A stretch of DNA of 64,000 bases from Asterias rubens (taxonomy: Eukaryota): NCBI RefSeq assembly GCF_902459465.1, contig NW_022985734.1:1-64000 (forward strand), written 5' to 3'. Numbering within the stretch: the stretch's first letter is position 1; every line of letters begins with the position of its first letter. The position numbers and the translations under genes are program-made. The notes under the pieces are model-generated. The model was not told where the DNA came from and did no database searches. It saw nothing but the letters and a program-made list of their open reading frames with translations. This document shows positions 1 through 11,500 of this stretch, piece after piece.

Positions 1-1001
1 CTTTCTGAATTACGGTCCTTGTAAAGTAATAAAGTGCTGTATTTACGTGTAGACATCTTGTGCACTTCTATCAAGTCCCCAAATATCTCAAAAATTCCAG
101 ACAACAACCATCTAGAACTTCGCTTACATGATTCAAGACAACTTGCCTCACCACATTTGAGTTTTAGTAAAGATACAAATAAATCGTACATGTCTGCAAG
201 AAGAAACGCCTCATGACTGTTGCATAGCTTACAAATTTCCTTACAGGTCATGCAAAGTGCTGTTCTTGTGTGACATTTCTTTATGACTCTCTAAACTTAA
301 CTCAACATCCTCCAAACGTGTAACAGGTACTACTTTCCTTTTAGCCACAGAATAGCAAGTAAAGCAAAGAGAACTGAAAGTAGTAATTGTTACCTCGTCA
401 ATTGAAATATTTAGTTGCAGATATGCATTGTTAATATCCAGATTTGTACATGCATACCTTCTACAATTAACCAGAATGACACCACAAACCACACACTTTG
501 CATTTGACTGAATGTTGTATATGAAGATTTGTGTAAACTGCACAAAGAAACACAGCTTGGTATAAATAAACAGTCAATGGTTGGAAAACAGGATTGAAAA
601 GTTTCCAAAGAAATAGAGCTATCTGCCACTGAAACTGTTGAACACATGTCATATTTGTTAAGGTAACAAAGAGGTCTTTGCTTAGATCTTGTTTTTTCTG
701 GCGTATAGACTGGATTGTTACTTTTTTTTGTAAATTTGTGCCTGCATGCATTACAAATGCAACCATCCTCACTCAAATGTGGCAAGTAAGTTCTAAAATA
801 TTGTTTAACCTTTGAGTTGCTCAAGATGCTAAGATGGGTCCATTTTGTACTGGATCTTGAGCAAATTTGGCACGGACCACACTCAACTTTCTGACAAGGG
901 GGTCGAGCTCGTTTTGAACCCCCTTGAGATTGCTTCACCCCTGCAATGACATACGTTACCTCCTTGGCTTCCTGTTTTGTTGTTGTCCATTTGCCCATCA
1001 T
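1..1001 (-). pseudogene. N-terminal part of the Academ transposase (inverted copy) with 1-2 nt indels
   Basis: Starts MMGKWTTTKQEAKEVTYVIAGVKQSQGG at ATG 1001 and matches the 14543 ORF. Frameshifts near 525 (missing T) and 270 (missing CA) relative to the + copy. Confidence 0.8.
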
Positions 1002-1358
1002 TCCTCCAGGAAAACTTGACTGAAGCCTCCCAAGGTACCTGTGTAAAATGAATACGTGTATACACACTTAAATAACAAAACACACACGAACAAACAATGC
1101 AAATTAATGCTATAGTGCAGAAAGACTAAAACAAAAATATAAATGAACAGAAAAATAGATGAAATATTTGCAACAAAACAATCTTAAATCTTCTTGGCCA
1201 GGTGCTTCAAATTTGTTTGTTAAAACCTTTTCATTTCCAGGAAAGGAAAACATCTCAGTGCAGAAAAAAAAGTATCCATTGAAAATGCAACGTAATAAGG
1301 TTCTAAATTGTCAGACCTTACATGGCCAATTGAAAACCTTAATGATTGCTATAAAAAT

Positions 1359-2456
1359 TTATAAACTAACCTTCCATTTTCGCCGCCTCCGTCTTTTCAC
1401 GATTTGCTTTTTTCTTTTGCGTCGCCTCTTCCCTTGCTTGCGTGATGCAACATAAGGTGTCTCTGCCTTCGGAAGGCGCACTTGTTGGTGTGAAGCACCT
1501 CGAGAATGGTGAAAATTGCTGTTGACCTCCTCATACCGTATTGTGGCCATAGCCACATAAGGTTTGATGAAGTACATCACTGGTTTGGTACTAGACAAAC
1601 TCCTCCCAAGCTGCAAAAAACCTTCTCTGTCCTCGATGACTTGTCTTGACTTCCTCTGTTTTCTTGACATTTTGGGAGGCTTGGTTGTGACAGAAGGAGG
1701 AGGCTTAGTGGTGTCCGATGTCTTTGAGGTTGTACTGGAACTTGTGGGAGGCTTTGGGATGTCAATGCACCGCTTGGTCTTTGGGCATTTCGCTGAGATT
1801 TTCTTCCTCGGTGTTCGGACCAGTTTCTTCAGCTCATGTGGACAATGGGGTTGGGGTGTACCACGAGGGTCTATGGGTTTTGACATTTTCTCTAATTGCT
1901 TCTGTATAAGCCGGCTAAGAGGTAATTTCCGTCCCAGTTAAGATGAAGTCCATCTTTAGCAAGATGGCATTCATGGAACATGTCACTGAAATCTAAAAAC
2001 TTGCAATGTGAAAAATTGTGACAAATATTGGCCAGCTTAATATTGTGCATTACCCGAGATAGATTAAGTCGGCTATCATCTGAACGGGGTAAAATACCAC
2101 TTACCACTATCTCAGTAAGGGGGAAGTTTTCCCTTACAGTGGTAAGTAGTCTCCTGTAGGCTTGGATGTTGCTGTGAAGGAAGCCCTGTTCAAGGTTATT
2201 TGTTCCGACATGCAAAAATATAACGTCAGCAGTATGCAACTGATGGGCGTTATTAATAACATACTGACGAAGAATTTGCACAGTTGCCCCTCGACGAGTG
2301 TGCACGTCTGGGCTCAACAGGCAACTGTCAAAGTTCTCCCGCAAGTATTTAGTAAGGGAGTCACCCAATATCAGAGCACTAATCTTTCGAGGTGGTCCAA
2401 ACACAGGCTGTTGGGATGGTAGCTGTGGGTCTGGCCATTTCAGAGGTCGGCCTAAC
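1359..2456 (-). CDS. SGNH/GDSL hydrolase with a Thr/Pro/Lys-rich linker and a very basic C-terminal tail, encoded inside the Academ element
   Basis: SGNH blocks present: ILGDSL (catalytic Ser), RGAT, HVGTNN, DGLH (DxxH). Polypyrimidine tract plus CAG acceptor at 2457-2480. A 1-nt T-run deletion near 1918 splits ORFs 1892-2473 and 1359-1886; the + copy is continuous across this point. Confidence 0.85.
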
Positions 2457-3386
2457 CTGTAATAATCAAACAAATAAAAATAAAAATTGTCAACAAAAGT
2501 ACATTTTGAAAAAAAAAGGAGTAGTGAAAAAGGTAGAACAAATTTAATCTAGTTTAACCCAACCAGCAATCAATCCATACATTTTAAAAATAGAACCAAC
2601 TACTCAATCCCCTAACACTAACAGCCTCCTCGATTGTCATTACATAGCGAGGCCGAGGCTGAGACCAAGGCCGTCCGAAGTCGCCCTCAAACTGATGGAG
2701 GGATCATGATTAAATTGCAACTAAATGTTCAAGTTGGACTAATCTCATGTAGTAGGGCTAAATAAAATAGGTTCCATAATAAACATGACATGCCGTGTAA
2801 TTGCACACAATGACATTTTAATTGAGTTAATTGAGCTTTGACTCAGGGCCTAAAAAAAATTATTATAAATTAATAATAAATATTGAAACCAATGTATTGT
2901 CCTTACTCCTTGACCTTGTCATGCTTGTGTAGGCCTAATTAACAGTTAACAAATGGAGAATCCAAATATCCACCACAAACCAATTAAAACATTTTTTTTT
3001 TATTAAATACTATTTATAATTAAAGACCTACATAGTACATGTACTTGTAGGCCCTAAAAAATAATAATAATAATAGGCTAGCTCAGTTGGACAGTAGCTG
3101 GGCGCTATAAACAAAAATACATTAAATTAATTAGTTCAGAACAGTCATCAGTACTCTCAAAACACGAAGCAGCCGACAACAACAGCCATGCGTGTGAAAA
3201 CGTGCACGGTAAAATCGGTCACAAAACAAGAAATCTCGCGAAAAGCAAAAGTGCATTACGATCCTACATTGCCTTCGCCACACGTCAAATAATATACCAA
3301 ACGATAGCTTACAGTTACACTTTAATCTTTCGATGTCTAGTGGTTTTATTTTCTCTTTTTATTTAGCTGGGTCAGGGCGCTGCAAA

Positions 3387-3418
3387 CCAAAAACTACCCC
3401 AAGTCAATCCTGACACTA
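3387..3418 (-). repeat. Candidate 5' terminal inverted repeat of the Academ element (imperfect)
   Basis: CCAAAAACTACCCCAAGTCAATCCTGACACTA aligns with 22051-22085 CCAAAAAGACAAACCCCAAACAATCGGGAACACTA. Both end in ACACTA followed by TA, giving TAG...CTA termini. Confidence 0.5.
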
Positions 3419-3516
3419 TACAAAATGTTCAGTGGTAAAAAAAAGGGCTATAAAGTCATAGAAACTTAACAAATTTGGTATCATTTGACTCGGAAAAATA
3501 TTCTACGTGTACTTAC

Positions 3517-3524
3517 CACGCCAT
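3517..3524 (-). CDS. Candidate first coding exon (ATG GCG TG|gtaagt) of the coactosin-like gene, on the opposite strand from exons 2-4
   Basis: Strong GTAAGT donor at 3511-3516 (minus strand). The phase-2 TG completes a Trp codon with the first G of the exon at 23168, the usual split-Trp intron position in coactosins. No similarity to the normal coactosin N-terminal helix. Confidence 0.35.
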
Positions 3525-3799
3525 CTTGTGTGCCACCTGAAGCGTGTGAGCATCGTGCCGTGTGCAAAAAGGGTCGTCGAACTCTCGCAGTTTATCGCGC
3601 AAATCGCGCAGTCGCTTCTGCACGTTGGCTGTGCAGATAAAACTCGGGATTTGACCTCATTAACGCACGCAGTGCGGACTGACTGTACACCAACCACTCC
3701 AAGCCCCACCAAACACTATCAGTCACTCTACCATCAACCCTTTCACAATAACAAGTGCCTACATACATTAGTCTGACGATAACGCATTAAGAATTCGTC

Positions 3800-5403
3800 A
3801 TGGGTAAGTAGAAAAGTTATTATCCTGAAGCTGAAATGTATGTTTTATTTGGTCAGTCAATCAACGTCAGATCGTCGTAGCAGGTCGTTTTCTTCGTAAA
3901 TGGAAGTGAGTTCGAATCCCAGTCATGACACCTGGGCCCAATTTCATAGACATGCTATTAAAAAGCACAAAAATTTTGCTAAGCATGAAATTTCTTCCTT
4001 GAATAAAAACAGAATTACCAACCAAATTCCACATGATTATCAGGATAAGCAAACAACAGCTGAATACCAGTAACAAGCAATATGCAACAATGGACATTTG
4101 ATTGGTAATCTGTTTTTATCGAGGAAGAATTTCATGCTAAGCAGATTTGTGTGCTAAGCAACTCTATGAATTTGGGCCCTGTGCCCTTGGGCAGGGCACT
4201 CAAGCATAATTGCTGCGTAAAAGGTTAATATAACAACGAATTGTCTGCGTTTTGATTGTTTAATCTATAGCTGTCGTCTCCAGCATCAAGGTACCTGGTA
4301 CAATGAATGGGATCTAAAGTGATCATCAACGCTTGTTTGGCCCTCTCGGGGTTTTCAGTGGGGAGTACCATACGGCTGTCGAACTGACGGTAGTTTGTTG
4401 TTTTTTTATTTTAATTTTTTTCATTCGAGTAATAGTTATTGTTAGAGAATTGTGTATTTAATCGAAATTTAACAATTTAATCGTCGCCAGCAGCAACGAA
4501 AATATAGATTGTTTCTTTAAAGGCACTGGACACTATTGGTAATTACTCAAATAGTTTTTAGCATGATGATGATGATGATTAAAAAAAACATTTTGTTTTC
4601 AATTATTCAGAGGACGAAATACCTCCCACTCCGCTTGTGGGAAAAACCGCTGACACTGGTGAGAATGATACATTTGGCATGACCGTGGTGTGGCGGGGTG
4701 GCAGCTCCGTCACCAGCTGGACCGGACAGCTTCATGTCTGTGGCGGCGAAGAGACCCTCAGGACTACATGGATACTGGCGTCAAAGGTGGAGGACGTGTA
4801 AAGAAGAACTGGGAGGCCATACATAGTATAAACTTGGGGTTTAGACCTGGGTCCCATCCAAAGGATGAGGAGATGAATTGGTTGAACAGGGCCACAGCAA
4901 ATCATTGGATACAAGTAGGCCAGTACATGTCACATCCATAAAATCAAATGTTGTTATTAAACGTGTACGTAGAATTGACTGCAAAAAATGAATGCGTTTC
5001 ACCAGTCGAATACAGTGCAGTCCGATCTTGATAATTTTCATCATTGTTAGGGCAAACTTCTGGGGCGAACCACCCCCCCCCCCCCCCACCACCACCACCA
5101 AGAAAAAGAAAAAAGAAATGAAAACACATTTTCATTTCCGTTTTATAAATAAATTAATGTAGATGATAATAATACGCAATTATTGATGTTATAAGAAAAA
5201 AATATGGTGTATAGTGCCATGCATAATAAGCAAAGCCTCAACCGACCAACAATTAGAAATCAGTTTCCATATTATTAATTCTAACCTTATATCCCTTGCA
5301 ATATTTCAGAATTGGCCAGGACTTGTTTAAAAGGTACAAGTTCAAGCATGACGACATCCATACCATGAGAGACTTGGCTCGTTGGCAAAAGGACGAAAAA
5401 TAG
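3800..5403 (+). CDS. Avidin/streptavidin-family biotin-binding protein without a signal peptide; about 5 single-base frameshifts (assembly errors or pseudogene). Exons about 3800-3803, 4271-4389, 4611-4826, 5310-5403
   Basis: Frame-corrected: MAVVSSIK-GTWYNE-GSKVII..GVFSGEYHTAVELT / EDEIPPTPLVGK..TFGMTVVWRGGSSVTSWTGQ..TLRTTWILASKV..NWEA / IGQDLFKRY. This follows the avidin pattern GxWxNxLGS, GxYxTAV, FGxTVxW, TxWxGQ, LxTxW, WxA..G. Canonical GT/AG sites. Confidence 0.8.
3905..4215 (+). mobile_element. tRNA-derived SINE fragment interrupted by a MITE
   Basis: B-box GAGTTCGAATCCC followed by GTCATGACAC[MITE]CTGTGCCCTTGGGCAGGGCACT, matching the SINE at 51319. Confidence 0.6.
3935..4178. mobile_element. 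MITE, PIF/Harbinger-like, with a 3-bp CTG target-site duplication
   Basis: TIRs GGCCCAATTTCATAGA / TCTATGAATTTGGGCC; CTG on both sides (3932-3934, 4179-4181). Confidence 0.8.
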
Positions 5404-5693
5404 ACCGGAGAACGGATGTACTCGTATGGTGTTGCTGATCAAACAAAGGATTGACTAGCCTCTCTTTTAAAATACTAACAGTTTTAAAATTCAAGCATAC
5501 AATACTTTTTATGGAACGATTTTTGTTTTTTTGATTTTTTTTGGCTGATTAGAACTAAACGGCTGGATCAATTTTAGGGTTTTGGAGTATATTTTTGTTT
5601 CCTTTAAAACAAAGTATACTTTGAGTTGTTTAACCGTTGATTTGTTTAGTCCTATTATAAATGTAGATGCATGCAATAAAACTAACATTTTAA

Positions 5694-6080
5694 AGGTGGT
5701 TGTGTTTTTAGTAAATGTCCACAGATTTACATTAAACTTACAGGGTTTGAAGACAATGATAGCGGAAAGCTTCCCTTCAAACATTACAAACTAAGGTTCT
5801 GTAGTTTTTGAAAGATGATTAAGACAAGTTACAAAGTAATTTTCGTCTCTATAAGACGAAAATTATTTTAGCATAAACCATAGCATAACTGGTTAATGCG
5901 TTTTTACATGCTAAAACTGAGACGAAAAATTATTTGTTTTACTCATTTCTCAAAAAAACTACAGCACCTCAGTAAGTAAAATTTCAAGGGAAGCTTTCTA
6001 CATCATTATCTTCAAACTGTGTAAATTTAATGTAAATATGTGGACATTGTGTTTGTTTTAGGAAAAGGTATATAGACCCT
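5694..6080. mobile_element. Palindromic MITE (TTAA-AGG terminus, internal TTTTCGTCTC/GAGACGAAAA hairpin)
   Basis: Arms TGTCCACAGATTTACA..GAAAGCTTCCC and their reverse complement. Family members at 11045-11185 and 58790-58965/59466-59640. Confidence 0.7.
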
Positions 6081-6152
6081 TCAATAGCGTTGTTTAACTA
6101 TCTGAAATCTGGTCAATAATAATTTTCACCAATGCATGCAGTGAGTCAGTCC

Positions 6153-6218
6153 CAATCAGTCAATCAATCAATCAATCAATCATTCAAGCAATCAATCAAT
6201 CATTCAAGCAATCAATCT
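6153..6218. repeat. (CAAT)n microsatellite
   Basis: CAATCAATCAATC.. tract. Confidence 0.9.
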
Positions 6219-7391
6219 TGACAGTTATTTAGGTGCCAATTCAAGAATCATACTGCCGGACAAATAGAACGTTTTAATGCATTTTATAAAATTACACCTT
6301 TGGTTTTTTAAACGTTTTATTCTTTTCATCCTATACAAATGTATAGTTGTAAACAGTAAACATTTACCTGTGCAAATTTAACTTCAAAAGGTGGTCGCGT
6401 TTTTGAGATTTCGCCGAAACTCCGGGAGCGAATATCGTCAACGCAGGAATAATATTCCTTATAAGGAATACACAATCTAATATTCAAACTTTGGGGGGAG
6501 GGGAGTTTTGTCTTTTTCTTACAAAGCCTGTCCAAAACTTCCGTAGGCCTACTTCTTACCACGTAAGGCTGTGTTGCCTTTAATTTTCAGAATTCTTACC
6601 AAGCGTGTACCAAGCGTGTACCGACCCTTTAGGGAGATTGTCACACCCTACGTGCGCCCCCCCCCCCCCAAACAAAAAAGGAGGAACTTTACAATGTGTT
6701 TTCTTCTTAGAAGTAGTTGTAACGGCTCTTTTTTCATCTGAACGGTGGACAAAATTTAGCTACTGGTGAGGGCAACAGAGGCCATGACCCAGTGGACTAT
6801 GTTGCCCTTGTTCTTGGCATTTGTGCCCTTTAAAAGTTTCCCTAAAACGATTTCACAATAGAAATGCCCTAGACAAATTAAGCATGGCCTCGCCCTGTCA
6901 AAAGTACAATTCCAGGCTTGATTTTGTTTGAACAAAGTTCAAGTGAAATATGTTTACCCGAAACATGAAAGGATTGTTAGGTTAAAGTCATCGACGGCAT
7001 GGCCAGAGTTCATCAGCCAAACTTCTTGAACAAAACCATTAGAGGCACCAAAATCATTTCTTTATCTCGTTTTTTAGCTTCGCGAATTCAGTTCCATGAA
7101 GGAAGTTTAAGCTCAAAACAATTACTATATTTTGTTCAGAAAAGAGTTTGTTTGTTTTTATTATATTTCTATAAGAAATAATTTAACAACATAAAAGAGT
7201 ATTATCATGTGCTTATCATTTAGAGAAAATAGCTGAAAGATTGTATTGACTTTAAAACTTACAATTTTACAATGATTACAACCAAGGAAATTTGGAGTAG
7301 AAATGGGTTGTAGGTTGTAGGTTCTAAAAAGCTGACAGGTATTGGAACAAAATATCACTCAACATGGGTCATAAAAAAATACTGTCTTTAA

Positions 7392-7733
7392 AGGAACATG
7401 TTGCCTTGGATCGGGCGAAGTGGTCTATAAAAAGCGTTTATAACCGTTTGTTAGAAAATGCATGTACAATACAATGATCCACACAATTTGCCTCGAACTG
7501 CGTTGTTTTTATTTTACTTTGCGAACTAAGACGGTCGGCCATTTATGAGAGTCAAAAATTTGACTCCCATAAAAAAAATGGCCGACCGTGTTAGTCGACC
7601 AATTTTGAGGCGTGTTTGTGTGTATCATTGTATTCTACTTTTACAACATCTTTCCATCCATATGTATTTTATAACAAACGGTAATAAACGCTTTTCAAAG
7701 ACCAACTCGGCCGATACTAGGCAACGTGTTCCT
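7392..7733. mobile_element. MITE with TTAA target-site duplication (Kolobok-like, AGG terminus)
   Basis: TTAA|AGGAACATGTTGCC ... GGCAACGTGTTCCT|TTAA. Confidence 0.8.
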
Positions 7734-8573
7734 TTAAAAATAAAATGATTTCATATATTATTAAAGGCTTCTTTTAAATTTGCTATAAAATTATTCAAAG
7801 GCGGCTTTTTAAACAGGGATTTGTTTTGCATAAATGAATAAACCAAATAAAGATTTGTTGCTACTTATCAATATTATATTAAGCTTATTTTGATAATTTC
7901 TTATGCAATCATGTTAAACATTTTGGGACATGGCAGCAGCGTACTTACCGCGTCATTCCATCTCGGTAATGTGTGCATGCTCAAATTAACCTGGTAAGCC
8001 TGCTGCCACCTAGTGTTCAAAGTCTCCCAGTAGGGACTGAGAGATAAATACCTTTTGTTGTTTTATTTTCCTTTATTTAAAAGTACTTCCCTTTTTTATG
8101 TTTCGGCAACTTTGGGGCAGGCAGCGTTGTCATTCAATTATTACAGGTGATACTCAAGACAATAAAACATTCCCATGAAATATGCAAATTGCACATCGCG
8201 TGTGGTTTGAGCAAACATGGTGGACATCAAGCCTTTTGTGTTTGGGTCTGATGGTGTAAGTGACGCATACGCGTTTGTGCGTCTTCCTAGTGCACGTTTA
8301 TCAGCCAAAGTGTCTGGTGAACATGTATAGTTGTACACATTCAAGCCGGGGCCCAATAACAAAAGAAGATACGGTCAACGGTTCGGTAAAGGTCCCCGGT
8401 TGGAAAACGTGTACAAAACCAATGGGAGCTGTTGCAAAAAAAGTTTGAGTAGGCCTCTATAAACAAAAGAGGGAGATTAGGACGTCCAAGGTTGCATACA
8501 TACACGAACTTGTTTGCGTTCATGTAAATAGTAACTTTCACAAGGGGCTAATTCCTACAAAGTTTTCCACATG

Positions 8574-11500
8574 TCAATGATTTTCTAAGTCATTGTTAAT
8601 GCTGGCCAGACGTGATCTCGATGTAGGTGTTGTACCGTCAGCCATCTGCAAGGATTCCTCAAACGGTCTGGGTAGAGTTGAGTACGGTGGGGGCGCCCCA
8701 GCTGGGTTCATAATAACCGGTGGATGGGGGTCCCTCGGGTAGTCTACTGCCCTCTCGGTAAACTCAAGATCGGTGTACTGATCTCCCTCTGAAGTGAACA
8801 TCGGGGCACCCCTACCCGGGTGACTTGAATCTGGAGTCGGTCGACGCTGATGTTGTTGTCGTGGGGGCCCGCCGCCCTCTTGTGACGTGTTCCTTGATCT
8901 GGATTGACTGGACCGATGAGGGCGCCGCACGCTGCTTTCTCGGGCCCGCTTGGAGCGAACCCTTTTCGCCATGAGGGCTAGAATAGTGAAGATGATGATC
9001 GCGAGGAGCACCACCATCAAGATGACAATGATGACGATCACGGTGATCCCCAAGCTGCTCCCCGCGGGACTTGGTGTACTGGCTGTGTGTAAAACAAATG
9101 GGAAGGTCAACGGATGTCAGAGGTCAGAGTTCATTTCTCATATCAATGAACATTAAATCACATTTAACAATGAAAAAGAAAACTTCAGAAAAGTTGTCCA
9201 TCTTCTTAACCATGCTGAAATTCTACCTGATCTTGAACCTCTTCTGTAACAATTTAACAATGGTTATAGAAGAGGTTCAAGATCATACAAGTAGAATTCC
9301 AGAATGGTTAAGAAAATGAACAACTTTTCTGAAGTACTTTGCTCAATCGGGTGCAAGCCGTGAAGGATTGGAGACATTTTATTAGAACAACACTCTGCCC
9401 CGGGATTATAGTCATGATCGTGTACATAACAGGCATAAGAGCATTGTAAATAAAGTCTCCATGAGCCAAGCAATTACAACTTGGTTTCACATAGTAAAAT
9501 AACCAGCAGCAATAACTGAAAGGGTCACCTAACAATAATACAACTTATAAGCACAAGGTAGAAATACAAACACATACTAAGGCCAAAAGCGTAAAAAAGT
9601 AAAATGTTATGTACCAAAAAAGACATTTAAACGAATTGTTACAGTATTTTGGGCAAGCTGGTGATGGTATTATTTCCTCTATCTCTCTGTGTTGCATTAT
9701 TAACTAAGTTTAAACTTTGAAGGGGTTAACAAGGAGCCGGTGTGGCAGGAGATTCTGTCCCCGGAGTTTCAGCCCCTCCCAATAACGTACGGCGATCTGT
9801 GTTTAGAAACTTCTTCTGAAGGCGCCCTCTTTTAAAACATCTTCCATCAGCTGAGTGACGTACACCACAAAACAACCGTTAGTTAAGCATTTACATGACC
9901 AGCGTCGTTTGCAGTACAACTTCACTGCGCATGCCATACGTACACCACCAAACAACCACTAGTTTAGCATTGGTACTTGCGCAAACTTGACCCGTGTGTC
10001 TACTGTAGTTGGTGACTCACCTAAACATCTGGGATCGCCCTCCTCCGAGTAAGAAGCACTGGGGCAGTTCTGCTCTCCGTCGCACACCAGACTCTTGTCA
10101 ATGCAGAACTGCGTATCGCGAGTCCCACTGACGTCACACTCATAGCAAGACCCATCTACGTTCAATTTAAATAAAATGATTCTTTGTAATAGCTAATTAA
10201 CTTAATTCATGTTTTAGTTCAGCTAAACTGTCATTTGGTAATTTGGTTAACTAGTAGTACTTTAGTTATGTAGGTAGGTAGGTAGGTAGGTAGGTAGGGA
10301 GGGAGGAGGTAGCTAGGTAGCTAGTCAGCCAGTCACTCACTTGTCGCTCACTTAGTCGCTCACTTAGTCATTCACGTAGTCACTCACTCAGTCACTTACT
10401 CAGTCCCTTAGACAGACACTCAGTCACTTAGTCAGCCACGTCGCTACTTCGTCACTTGGTAACTCGGTCACTCAGTAACTTGGTAACTCCGTCAGTGACA
10501 CACTTACTCTCGGTCGCTGAGTCAGTCACTCAGCCGGTCACTCACTCAATCTTTCAGTCACATAGTACTCAGTCATTTATACTTACCGGGTTCTGTTTTG
10601 AATGCTGTATAACTTATAGAAAAGGCACTATCTTCTCGAGACTGAACAGATCTCAGCGTTAGAAACACTTGGTTGCCAGTTGACTCAATGGGTTGGCTGG
10701 GTTTGACGAGGCCACATAAACCGTGGGGGAAGGTGGGTAAAAGTGACATAGCGCCCTCAGTGTTGCTCCCTAGAAACATCAGCCGATTTCCGCCTCCGCA
10801 CGTGTTCACGTTGAGGTTTGTAAGTTTGACTTCGTTAACGGTAAGACTTAGTCTGGTGCCCGGTGGTGAGAACAGGGCCAGGCTGCAGTTGAGGTCGGGC
10901 GAGAAACGAGGTATGGAGGAGAACACCTGACCTGATAGTGTGCCCTCGATCGTGTCGCCACAGCCTGTGAAGTTTGCAGACCGTGTTTGCATGTCCATGT
11001 AAGCTTAAATTCGAGGGGAAAAAATAAGTTTATTATAGTTAAAGGGTCTAGGTACTTTTTGTAGGTCACACAACACAATGTCCACATTAAACCAACACCG
11101 TATGAAGATAGCGATGGTAGAAAGCTTCCCAAGTCACCAAAATAATTTTCGTCTCAGGAGACGAAAATTATTTTAGCATGTAAAAAGTATTTTGGTGACA
11201 TTGTCTGCTTAAATGATTTTTTTCCCCAATTTTGCCCGATTTTAAAATAAAAATCAATTTAAGTGATATATGGCTACCAGTAAACAAGTAAACAACAATT
11301 AGTATAAACAATTGTTATTGGTTATGTTATTGTTATTATTATTGTAGGGTCATGTCACGTGAGAACAATTCAACCACAGTTCAAGGCCATCTCCAAATAT
11401 TCAAACAATTTATCATAAATGAGACATTATTGTGGATAGTTGGAAATTGAGGGAAATTGCTAAACTGCTAAGAGTGTGTTTCTTTAGCATGCAGTGCAGT

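Larger units (their letters stand above)
1..3418 (-). mobile_element. Academ (AcademX-type) DNA transposon, 5' part in inverted orientation; runs off the window start
   Basis: 1-2164 is a near-identical reverse complement of 13311-15484. It continues through the full SGNH ORF to a candidate terminus at 3418 (element sense 5'-TAGTGTCAGGATTGACTTGGGGT). Confidence 0.75.

Noticed and set aside
1564-1941. Antisense ORFs over the SGNH linker (also 13550-13912)
   Set aside because: Shadow frames of a low-complexity coding region.
3669-3685. GCAGTGCGGACTGACTG repeated at about 22654
   Set aside because: Isolated 17-mer with no flanking similarity; too short to interpret.
3867-4097. Signal-peptide-like ORF MSIVAYCLLLVF..
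   Set aside because: Lies largely within a MITE on the opposite strand from the avidin gene.
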